From Desulfotalea psychrophila LSv54 (GTDB lineage Bacteria; Desulfobacterota; Desulfobulbia; Desulfobulbales; Desulfocapsaceae), in contig NC_006138.1 in the NCBI RefSeq assembly GCF_000025945.1, forward strand, positions 2,430,001 to 2,462,000: a stretch of 32,000 nt of DNA. Reading direction: 5' to 3'. A program made the translations under genes and the position numbers. The notes beneath the pieces were generated by a model. It was not told where the DNA came from and ran no database searches. It saw nothing but the letters and a program-made list of their open reading frames with translations. Below, one piece after another: positions 9,033 to 18,000 of the stretch; position 1 is the stretch's first letter, and every line of letters begins with the position of its first letter.

Positions 9033-9125
9033 AACTTGTATCCTGTGTTCTTTCCCATCTCCCTCTACCTGTTCCCAGGTGGCGAGATACTCTTCGTCTA
9101 GCGGAAGTAGGGTAAAGGGTGTGAC

Positions 9126-10277
9126 TTAATTTTTTGCAAAGAGTGTCGGATCAGCAGGCACTGTCTGTACTGGACTACCTGGTCCAATCTTCTGATGCCC
9201 TCCGGTAACAACTATATCGCCTGCGGACAGGCCGCTGGTTATCTCGACCCAGCCTTCCATGCGCGTGCCGGTTTTTACCTCCACCATCTGCGCCTTACCG
9301 TTAACAACTTTAAAGACCAGCTTGGTTTTTGGTTGCGGGATTAAGGCCTGTTCCGGAATAAAGAGGGCATTCGCTCTGGTTCCAACACTCAACTGTATCT
9401 TAACGAATTGACCCGGTAAGAGCTGATGCTTGGAATTATTAAGGAGACCACGTACCGTCAGGCTACGACTCTGCACATTGATCTGTGGGTTGATAGCATA
9501 AATCTGGCCGATAAAGCTTTGTTGTGGATAGGCAGACGAGCGCAGTTTGATTTTCTGACCAGTTTTAACCTCGGCAAGATGTTTTCCGGAAATGGAAAAC
9601 TCGATCTTTAGCTCTTCGATCGCCTCCAAATTGACCAATGCCTGTCCCGGCATAACATAGTCCCCTAGACTAACCTGGCGCAGACCGAGAGTTCCTGCAA
9701 AAGGTGCCTGGATAATGGTTTTGGCTAGCTGTGCTTGGGCTAGGCGAACATTTGCCCTATCAAGCTGCCAACTGGCATAGGCCTCATCCCGTTCCTGCCG
9801 GGAGATAGCGTGATCTTTGAGCAGGTTATCGGCTCGTTTATAATTGGATTTACTGAGATTACGGTTGGCAACGGCTCGATCGAGCTCAGCCTGTAAGACA
9901 GCGCTGTCAAGTTTGATCAGCATCTTGCCCTCTTTGGTTTTCTTACCCTCAATAAAACCAATCTCTTTAATCCGCCCGGCAATTTCGGCAACAATCACCA
10001 CCGATTCTTTAGAATAAAGACTGCCACTGCTGGCAAGGATTTTATCACTGTCAGCGACCCTGACCTCGGCCGTTTCAACCGGCATTGGCGGCCTGGTTGG
10101 TGCTACATTTTTTGCATCCGAGGCCATTAGCTGTGGGCCGGTTATCAGGCCAAGGCCGGCACAAACAACCAGCAGGCAGGCAAAGATCAATGCTAGCATG
10201 ACAGTTTTGGGACGACGGTGAGTCACAGGTAGCAACTCCTGGGCCTTGGATTGTTGATTAGATTCTTGTCTTTCCAT
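9126..10277 (-). CDS. RND efflux periplasmic adaptor (membrane fusion protein, HlyD/AcrA family)
   Basis: An N-terminal TM anchor (VMLALIFACLLVVCAGLGLI) is followed by lipoyl/coiled-coil/beta-barrel MFP motifs (IVAEIAGRIKEI.., ..IIQAPFAGTLGLRQVSLGDYV..). I prefer the ATG at 10277 (MERQES..), which has AAGGGA 5 nt upstream. The track start at 10316 is a GTG with no SD. Confidence 0.9.
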   Translation of the reverse strand: MERQESNQQSKAQELLPVTHRRPKTVMLALIFACLLVVCAGLGLITGPQLMASDAKNVAPTRPPMPVETAEVRVADSDKILASSGSLYSKESVVIVAEIAGRIKEIGFIEGKKTKEGKMLIKLDSAVLQAELDRAVANRNLSKSNYKRADNLLKDHAISRQERDEAYASWQLDRANVRLAQAQLAKTIIQAPFAGTLGLRQVSLGDYVMPGQALVNLEAIEELKIEFSISGKHLAEVKTGQKIKLRSSAYPQQSFIGQIYAINPQINVQSRSLTVRGLLNNSKHQLLPGQFVKIQLSVGTRANALFIPEQALIPQPKTKLVFKVVNGKAQMVEVKTGTRMEGWVEITSGLSAGDIVVTGGHQKIGPGSPVQTVPADPTLFAKN

Positions 10278-10373
10278 GATATCCCTTCTCTTCCCGCTCA
10301 AAGAGTGGTTAGCCACTTCGTTTTGAAGTCGAGAAGCATTAAAACTTCACCGAGAAGTCTCTTTTTATGTTAT

Positions 10374-10391
10374 GGAGTGAATGATCCCTCC
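10374..10391. promoter_or_regulatory. Candidate TetR operator upstream of the MFP gene (imperfect 18-bp palindrome GGAGTGAATGATCCCTCC)
   Basis: It lies in the 165-nt tetR-MFP intergenic region. Its reverse complement matches 18 of 25 positions of a sequence upstream of tetR (AAGCGGAGGGATCATTCACTCCATA versus ATGCGGAGTGATCGTTCAGTCATTG). Confidence 0.3.
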
Positions 10392-10442
10392 GCTTATAGC
10401 TTAAAAAACATTAACTACTCATACTAATGCCTCTTCTTTTCT

Positions 10443-11015
10443 CTAAAGTCGTATGCTGTCCCAACAGGCATTAATCGTCGCCTCAATTAACTCATTACTC
10501 AGGGTCAAGTAGCCGGTGAGCTGATCTCGGGCCAGAAAAACAATGGGGCCAAAGCAGAGTCCAAAAAGAACATCCTCTGGTAGATCCTTGACTATCTGCT
10601 CCTTAATCCCCTTATGAAACACCTCTAATATTGGAGAATCACAGCTGTTTTCCTTTGAACGCTTCTTGGCAATGCCGTAGGGCGAGTTATAGTACATCTC
10701 AAGAAATTTAAACTCCTGAGGATTATCGAGCAGAAAATGGAAGACTCGTCTGAGAACAGCTAAAATATTTTCTCGAACCGGTGCCTTTTCATCAATGCCC
10801 CCATTTGTTGCTGGACGCAGGCGTAGGTCGATCTCTTCATATAGTGCTTCAATCAAGGCGTCTTTATTTTCGAAATAACGATAGATGGTACCGGTGCCGA
10901 CATTGGCTAACTTAGAGATCTGTGAGGTGGGTGAGCTGTGGAAGCCCCTCTCGGCAAAAATTTCTAAGGAGGCCTGAAGAATTATTTCTCTTTTATTACT
11001 CTGTTTTTTTGTCAT
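10443..11015 (-). CDS. TetR/AcrR-family transcriptional regulator (likely repressor of the downstream RND operon)
   Basis: 190 aa with an N-terminal TetR HTH (REIILQASLEIFAERGFHSSPTSQISKLANVGTGTIYRYFENKDAL). It sits immediately upstream of, and co-oriented with, the MFP-RND-OMF genes. Confidence 0.9.
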   Translation of the reverse strand: MTKKQSNKREIILQASLEIFAERGFHSSPTSQISKLANVGTGTIYRYFENKDALIEALYEEIDLRLRPATNGGIDEKAPVRENILAVLRRVFHFLLDNPQEFKFLEMYYNSPYGIAKKRSKENSCDSPILEVFHKGIKEQIVKDLPEDVLFGLCFGPIVFLARDQLTGYLTLSNELIEATINACWDSIRL

Positions 11016-11035
11016 CTACCTATGCCCTTAATGCG

Positions 11036-11086
11036 GAGTGATCGTTCAGTCATTGGCTGTATATAATATTATTGTCCTGATGTCAA
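11036..11086 (-). promoter_or_regulatory. Putative sigma70-type promoter of tetR with an overlapping candidate operator
   Basis: On the - strand: TTGACA (11086-11081), a 17-nt spacer, then TATACA (11063-11058). The imperfect palindrome GAGTGATCGTTCAGTC (11036-11051) lies just downstream of the -10 box and is related to the 10374-10391 site. Confidence 0.35.
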
Positions 11087-11097
11087 GAACCCCCTCC

Positions 11098-11126
11098 TAC
11101 CTCCCCCTTGAAAAAAGGGGGAGGTA
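11098..11126. repeat. Perfect copy of the C5-TTG-A6-G5 hairpin repeat; probable terminator of the radical SAM gene
   Basis: TACCTCCCCCTT-GAAAA-AAGGGGGAGGTA forms a 12-bp perfect stem 41 nt downstream of the - strand stop at 11167. On the - strand the hairpin contains the run CCCCCTTTTTTC. It belongs to the same family as 4409-4470. Confidence 0.7.
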
Positions 11127-11166
11127 CATTCTGCCGGTTATGGGAAGAGATGGGGCCTGGCGGAGT

Positions 11167-12438
11167 TCAACGGGACTGGCTTATCTGGGAAATTTTTTCC
11201 TGGTAGGTTCTTAACATATCTTCTTCAAATTGTTCATTGTTATCATAGCTTCGTCCGAAAACCGGCTGCCATAGATCTATATGTTCCATGCACATATAGA
11301 AGAAGACAGAGTCATGCCAAGACGCTGGGAAGGCCTGAGAGATTGTGGAAAAGAGCTCTTTTTTAATGTCAAAGGGGTAGCTCAGTTTTCCGGCACAATC
11401 TTCCATTGGCATCTGCAAAATAGAGCTGTTTGGCATCCGCTCTCGGATTCTCTTCAGCACCGGCTTAATAAAGGTGAGGGTTCCGAGGGAAACCATGACC
11501 ACCTCTTCTGGTTGGAAGGTGTTTACCAGGCGCGAAACCAGAGCTCGGTAATCCTCCTGCCAACCCTGATACCAGGTAATGGGGTGAAGATGAAAACCTA
11601 CCGGAATGCCCTGATCGGCTAGTTTTCTGGCACTTTCCAGGCGCTTATCCAGACTGGCTGTTGCCTTTTCCTCATGTTGAATGACGGTGGGAGTGTTAAG
11701 AGACCAGGTGAAAACCATATTGGAAGGTGGGGTGTTTTCTAAAAAATAATCTATTCGGGCGCTTTTAGATTTCATTTCCAGAACCACATTGGGATGTTCT
11801 GTGGCAAATTGGTAAAGCGAATCCAAAAGTCCAAAGCGATTGCCCCACATCAGGGAATCAGAAGATTGGCCAGTGCCAATATGATAGCCCTTTGTCGGGT
11901 CCAGCTCCAGGGAATTGAGATGGGAAACTAGGTCACGAATAAAGCGGACCTGATTACCATGATAAAATGATTGGATAGAACAGTAGCTACAGTCAAAACC
12001 GCACTGCTGGACAACATCCAGGGTTTTCAGTTTACAACATCTGGTTTTTTCCGAGGCAACCGGGCACTCTCCCATGATGCTGCCCTTAAGTTGGACCTCC
12101 ACCATCTGCTCTTCCGGAAATTTTTGCTCGCTGGCTGCGAACCGCTTTTCCTCGCTATAGCTCTTCTGCCCGTTTTTCAGGCTCTCGTAACCATCACGTA
12201 ACTGGTGGAAGACCTTGGCTGATGCCTGTTTTCCCTTTGCCCCCCCCACCGCATGCGGATGGTGAAATTGGGCCAATGAGCCGGTCTGCCAAGAGATCAG
12301 ATCTGCGCTGTATTCAGCCATCATCTTCAGTTGCTGAAAGGAAAAGGCATAGGTTTGCTCCATGGAGATGAGCCACTGTTGCTGCTCTGCGGGAAGCTTG
12401 TGAAAAAGTTTGTTCTGTGAAAGTTTATTTGAGGTCAT
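11167..12438 (-). CDS. Radical SAM protein of the spore-photoproduct-lyase (SplB-like) family with an N-terminal extension of about 100 aa
   Basis: The family signature is ECPVASEKTRCCKLKTLDVVQQCGFDCSYCSIQSFY: the CP..T..CC..L pre-motif followed by the CxxxCxxC radical SAM cluster site. No SD precedes the ATG at 12438, so the true start could be internal (M26 or M39/M40). Confidence 0.75.
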   Translation of the reverse strand: MTSNKLSQNKLFHKLPAEQQQWLISMEQTYAFSFQQLKMMAEYSADLISWQTGSLAQFHHPHAVGGAKGKQASAKVFHQLRDGYESLKNGQKSYSEEKRFAASEQKFPEEQMVEVQLKGSIMGECPVASEKTRCCKLKTLDVVQQCGFDCSYCSIQSFYHGNQVRFIRDLVSHLNSLELDPTKGYHIGTGQSSDSLMWGNRFGLLDSLYQFATEHPNVVLEMKSKSARIDYFLENTPPSNMVFTWSLNTPTVIQHEEKATASLDKRLESARKLADQGIPVGFHLHPITWYQGWQEDYRALVSRLVNTFQPEEVVMVSLGTLTFIKPVLKRIRERMPNSSILQMPMEDCAGKLSYPFDIKKELFSTISQAFPASWHDSVFFYMCMEHIDLWQPVFGRSYDNNEQFEEDMLRTYQEKISQISQSR

Positions 12439-12606
12439 TGCGATCTTATAGCAAACAAAAGGGGATTAGTCCAGTATCCGAATTCAGTTGTTGTGATTTT
12501 TCTATTTGATATCTGTCTTCCCTGGCTAATAAGCCTCTAAGCTGCCAATCTGAATCGATAATTATTGAAAATCAGGGGCAGGAAATGAATGGTGAGGGGG
12601 CACAAC

Positions 12607-14565
12607 CTATCCCATCTCTACCCGATTACGTCCCTTTTCCTTTGCCACATAGAGGGCAGAGTCAGCTTCATGGAGCACCTCTTCAAATGTCTGTTCAATA
12701 CCGTTCCAGGCGGTGACCCCAAAACTTACAGTGAAGGCAATTTCTTTTTCGTTTACCATGACAGGGTTTTTTTCAACAAGAGCCCTGAATCGTTCAGCTA
12801 TTTTCAAGGCCACCTTGATGTCTGTGCCGGGAAGAAGGATAATGAACTCCTCGCCGCCAATACGAGCGAAAACATCCACATCCCTTAAATACTTTCTGCC
12901 AATATCGGCAAAGGCCTTTAACACCAGGTCGCCGGCAGCGTGTCCATGGGCATCGTTTATCTTCTTGAAATAATCGATATCCAGCATGACCAGAGAGAGA
13001 TTATGCTCGGAACTATGCCTCTGACGTTCCAGCTCAGCTTCGGCAATTTCAAACAGTTGACTGCGATTACAAAGGCCAGTCAGGGAGTCTGTGGTGGCAA
13101 GTCGTTGTAATTTTTCCCGGCTCTGCCTCTTTGTTGTGATATCGTCAATCGTCCAGACCACCCCTTTTTCAAGGTCAGGGGGTGTGGATGAATCAATGGC
13201 CTTTCCTGAAAGGGTGCACCAGACGGAAGAACCGTCCTTGCGTCGAAGTTTGTACTCCACTTGAATTTGGTTGCCATCAACCAATTTTTTGAAATATTTC
13301 TCTCTGAACTCAATATAATTTTCCTCCGAGAGATGGAACTCTCTGGCAGAGCGCCCTTCCATAGACTCGGGGCTGTTGTAGGCAAAAATATCTGCTAAGC
13401 GCTGATTCCCCTTGTACATGATCTGCTCCCCTCGAAGAGCCATGACTCCCACCTGGCTGTTTTCAATGATGGCATTCAGGGTGTCTTTGGCTTCGGTGAT
13501 TTCTCTCCTCTGGCTCTCCAGTTGCATAAGCATCCGGTTCTCCTCCCTGGCCAGTGTGCCAATCTCGTCATTTTGCAGAAGGGAGATGCGGGCGGAGAGA
13601 TCCCCGGATTTTGTAATTTGCAGCACATGGTTAGTGAGTAGCATAACAGGGGCAAGAATAATTGCCTTTAAGAGATAGGTGATAAGAAGAGCCATAAACA
13701 GGCCAAAAACGGTTATCAGTATCAATGAATAGTTATAGTTTTTTCGACACCTTTGTAGAATATGCTTTGGAATCTCTGCCTGGATAAGATACCTTCCGCC
13801 GATATCCGCCAGGTGCGAATAGACTTCCAAATTATCACTGTTTTCTCGCTCGACAATGCTAATTTCCTCAACTGCAAGCTCTCCTAAAATTTTCTTCTCT
13901 TTCGCTGTCAGTTCGTCTCCACTCATATCGATAAATCTAAAGTTGAGTGCCACCCTTACCATCATCGCATCTAGAGACCCTTGATCAAGAAGACGGCCAA
14001 TGATAACTGCCCCTTGGACAGGCCCCTGTTGGTTGCTGGTTATGATAGGACGTGAACTTAACATCATCGGGCCCCTGCTACTATTATAGATTCCCACTCG
14101 CTTCATATTGGAGAGGTCATCTTTATCAGATTCCGAAGAAAAGGGTAAACTGGCCACAGAACGTAAAGAGTCCGGTAGAGTGGTTAATACAGTTTTTTCT
14201 TTTCTGTGAAGATCCCAATCCTCAGCAAAGAGGAGCTGGCCTGATCTGTCGACTATGCAGATAAAGCTGACCTCGTTGTCCAGAATCGTATCGGCATTCA
14301 AATTTATCTTTAAAAAGTCAGCATTTGGAGCCTTGATAAAGGCATGGAGATCATCCCAGGCAGCTAGGTCATGGCAATAGCGATCGACATGGTCAATCTC
14401 ATCCTTGAGCTCCCATAGGCAACGCCCCATATCTTTTTTGGCCTCCGCGATTTCAAGTTTTTTTAAACCCGGCAGGATGAGATAGTGATGGAGTCCGTAG
14501 TTCAATGAGGCAAAGATAGAAAAGGCCAAAAGAAAAATTAGCAGCATTTTTTTATTTAAAGTCAT
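12607..14565 (-). CDS. Membrane sensor diguanylate cyclase (periplasmic sensor domain - HAMP - PAS - GGDEF)
   Basis: 652 aa. TM1 (LLIFLLAFSIFASL) and TM2 (YSLILITVFGLFMALLITYLL) flank a periplasmic domain of about 250 aa, tentatively CHASE4-like. A HAMP/coiled-coil region, a PAS domain (..NAIIENSQVGVMAL..) and a GGDEF domain with an intact active site (RIGGEEF) follow. An RxxD I-site (RDVD) lies five residues upstream of the active site. Confidence 0.9.
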   Translation of the reverse strand: MTLNKKMLLIFLLAFSIFASLNYGLHHYLILPGLKKLEIAEAKKDMGRCLWELKDEIDHVDRYCHDLAAWDDLHAFIKAPNADFLKINLNADTILDNEVSFICIVDRSGQLLFAEDWDLHRKEKTVLTTLPDSLRSVASLPFSSESDKDDLSNMKRVGIYNSSRGPMMLSSRPIITSNQQGPVQGAVIIGRLLDQGSLDAMMVRVALNFRFIDMSGDELTAKEKKILGELAVEEISIVERENSDNLEVYSHLADIGGRYLIQAEIPKHILQRCRKNYNYSLILITVFGLFMALLITYLLKAIILAPVMLLTNHVLQITKSGDLSARISLLQNDEIGTLAREENRMLMQLESQRREITEAKDTLNAIIENSQVGVMALRGEQIMYKGNQRLADIFAYNSPESMEGRSAREFHLSEENYIEFREKYFKKLVDGNQIQVEYKLRRKDGSSVWCTLSGKAIDSSTPPDLEKGVVWTIDDITTKRQSREKLQRLATTDSLTGLCNRSQLFEIAEAELERQRHSSEHNLSLVMLDIDYFKKINDAHGHAAGDLVLKAFADIGRKYLRDVDVFARIGGEEFIILLPGTDIKVALKIAERFRALVEKNPVMVNEKEIAFTVSFGVTAWNGIEQTFEEVLHEADSALYVAKEKGRNRVEMG

Positions 14566-14870
14566 TGAGGGGCTTTTTGAAAATTACCTACTAAAGTAGA
14601 GGTTCCAGAGCTGTAATAAAAAATAGACCTGGAATAATATTTGCGGTTATTTCTTGCGAATTGTTGCCTTTGAAAACTCCCTGACTTTTACATTACTTAT
14701 TTGTTATAGGCAATGATTAAGTACTCTTAAGCAGGTTGGAGGGAGGAAAATGCCACCCTTCCCTGCCGGGAAATGGTAATTGGCTAGCTGGGGATGAATG
14801 GTGGGGAAGAGAGGAAGGTGGGGTGTAATTAGTTATCGATTGAGCCTAAGCAAGTTGCTCCATCAGAATG

Positions 14871-14916
14871 GCAAGGGCACTTATGGGATTTTCCCATAAG
14901 TGCCCTTGTCTTTTTC
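14871..14916 (+). terminator. Strong intrinsic terminator oriented on the + strand (17-bp perfect stem plus T-run) in a region with no annotated + strand gene
   Basis: CAAGGGCACTTATGGGA-TTT-TCCCATAAGTGCCCTTG (14872-14908) is followed by TCTTTTTCGG. In the - orientation, downstream of the autotransporter stop at 15072, the same hairpin is followed by CCATTCTGATGG with no U-tract. Confidence 0.6.
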
Positions 14917-15071
14917 GGTTAAATTTCGGTTGTGTTTGAAAAATCAAGGTTTTATTTAAAGCATACCAATCGCTATTTACCTCATCTGCATTTTTCCATA
15001 TCGATTTTCCTGCTCCACCCAAAGCCTAAACGGTTCCCCTCTTTAGAAAGCAACCGTCCAGTTTTTAGAGA

Positions 15072-18000
15072 TTAGAAACGGAAGCCGAATTTCAGGTTTG
15101 CACCCAAACTGCTAATATGCGAAGAGATCGCAGTGTTTACGCCGAAGCTACCGAAAAGCTGTCCTCTTTCGGCAATCAGGTCGACAGACAGTTTGCCGGT
15201 AACATCATCATAAACATCTGTTATTAAAGGTAAAGTCTCCGGTGTGCCAATCAGGGTACTTCTGCTGGTAAAATCGGTATCACCAAAGGCAAAATTCACC
15301 CCGGCATCAGCAGCAATGTTAAATTGCAATCCACTGTCAGCTGCGGCAAACTTATACATATACTTAACACCCATAGGGATTATCCAGGTGTCCATGCTGC
15401 TTGCATTTACGGCAAAAACATCGTTTGTATAAGCATCTTGCTTATAATATTGATAACGCATACCAGCATATGGGCTGACAACGGTATCTCCCAGCTCAAA
15501 CAGATAACTAGCCTTTACCCCCGTACCAAGTACATAGGAGTCAATGCCATCGGCCTTGAGAGTTGAATATCTTGTGTCAGAAGACATTGCTGTATAAAGA
15601 GCATCCACACTAATCTGCATAGCATTAGAGAGGTTGTAAGCTCCATACATGGTTAGGCCGTAGAAATCACTGTCTGTATCGGCAGAAGATGTAAATCCTT
15701 CACCAGATACCTTACCAGCACCATAGGTGAAGGCTCCACCGTAGAGAAAATCACCAAGCACGCTATCAGCACCTAAGGCTGCACCGTAAAGATCAATATC
15801 CATATCGGTGCTATAGTTACCTATATTCATACCGCTAATATCGCTTTTTTGATAAAGAGGTTGAAAATAGATACCTGTGCTGTAATCACCGGTTATATCC
15901 GTGTGTTTCTGGGCGAGATCAAGTACCAGAGCAGAGGCAATGGTATTTACATGGGCAATACCACCAACTCCGGCAATATTGGCAGATGCCTCCGTTGCCT
16001 GTCCGCCGCTTGTTGGGCTAGCGCCACGCAAAATACCCTTCATATAATTGGTGGATGTAACTCCAAGCACTTCATAACCACGTTCGTTGTAATTAGTCAG
16101 GAAGCTTGCAGTATTTCCCCGAGCACCATAGAGGGTGGCGGCGGTACCGGCACTTTTAGTCGTAAAACTACCGTCAACTAAAGAAGCAACTTCCTGGAGT
16201 TGGTTATAAAGATAGATATTAGCCAGTAGCCAGTTATCGCCAGTACTTGTCATGGTATATTTTTCCCCGACAAGTGCACCCTTAACACCTACAAATGCCT
16301 TGTTGGAAATAGTTACCGTATCCGCAGTAATAGCAGGTTGTCCAGCCAGATTGGTTACATCAACCACCAACAGAGAATTGTCAGCAAATGTAGCTGTTCC
16401 GCCAACTGGTACATCTGCCCCAGTTGGCGCCGTGACGCGAGAACCATCTACGGTAAGGGAGCCGGCAGCACCAACTTTATAAGGGCCATCAAGATAGACG
16501 GCAGCTGTTACCCCAGTGCGGCCCCAGGTTGTGTTATTGTCCTCTGTGATTTTTTTAACAATATTATCAACATCACCAGCATCGGTTGTACCCAGGGCAA
16601 TAATAGAATTTTGTCCAGCCACTAAATGGCCGTTAATAACATTACTATCAGCACCAGTTCCAAAATTAACAATGCTTACATGGGAGGCATCTTTAGCTTT
16701 AGCAAGTTCCGTACTATCTAACCAATTGGGATCGGCAAAGAGCATAGCTCCATTAAGAGACGCTGTTTCAAGAGCCAGCGAGCCTTGGCCCTGACTATTA
16801 CCAATATTAATAACCGTCTCTTCTGTGGCTGTTAATTCCTTGACGGAAAGAGTTCCCTTTTTAATGTTTACTTTGCCACCAAGTGATGCTGTTTCAAGGG
16901 CCAACGAGCCTTGCCCCTGCCCCTGGCTATCACCAATATTAACAGTCGTTCCACTTTGGGCTGTTAAAGCCGTGATGGAAAAATCTCCATTTCTAACATT
17001 AAGCTCGGTTTTTGGAGCCGAAGAGTCGTCAGCTGCAACCAGCTCAACCTTAGCGTCAAGCGTTCCCTGAGTCCTTTTCTCGGTTGCAACCTCACCTTTG
17101 GCGCCAAGATTAAGAACACTTCCTCCACCAACATTCACAGATTTTTCCTCTGCCCCACCTTTTAGCAGGGATTCTTCTCCACTAGAACTCCCCCTAAGGG
17201 AAAGCACTGTCCCCTTACTCACCTTAACTTCCGCAACGGTATCGGGAAGTTCATAGCTTTGCGCCCCCATCGGTGTGCCCTTAGCAAAAGAGATTTGAGT
17301 CTTGTCAACAGAGTCCTCAGGAACAGTCAGCTTTATTTCCTTTTCAGGACTGTCTATGATTTCAGCCAGCCCAAGGTCGATAGGCCCATCACCCATATCA
17401 AAGCCACTATATAAGAAACTTCCTTTAAAATCAGAATATTGGCTTTTGAAGCTAGTTTCAAAAGAAGTGATTCTCTCTTGGTCATAAACATCAGAACTAA
17501 CAAGATCAATAGTTCCCTGACCAGCAAAAGAGAATTCACTGGTATCTGCTATAGAACTCCCCGTTGCCAATAAATCGTAGGAGGTGGTTAAAACTGCACC
17601 TTTCTCCACTTCAATAGCGGAATTTGTATGATAAGGCGCAGTTACTGTCTCGACAGTCAGATGAGAGGTATCTCTTACACTGATTTTATTCTGGCCATAA
17701 AGGTTCAGATTACTAATCTTAGCCTGAGAACTGTCCTGGGTGACGATATGAGCATTGGTCAAATCAAATTTTCCAACTGAAACAGTTGCGCCGTCAGCTA
17801 CGCTGAGATGAGCATGCTGATTGTCATGCTCGGACTCAACAGCATTACCCTGTAACTGAATTCTTTTAATGGCAAAGTTTGCGGGACTGTTCAAGTACCC
17901 CCTAATCTCATTAAATTTTGAGCCTGCAAGAGCTTTTTTATCCTCTGCATCCATGCCCACATGAATCCAGGAATTAGCCGAATGACCTTCATAGGTGGCA

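Noticed and set aside
4586-10316. Numerous 60-115-aa ORFs on either strand within the OMF, RND and MFP genes
   Set aside because: All are nested in, or antisense to, long family-recognisable CDSs. They are shadow ORFs.
12589-14264. + strand and alternative-frame ORFs inside the diguanylate cyclase gene
   Set aside because: They are shadows of a 652-aa CDS with clear PAS/GGDEF motifs.
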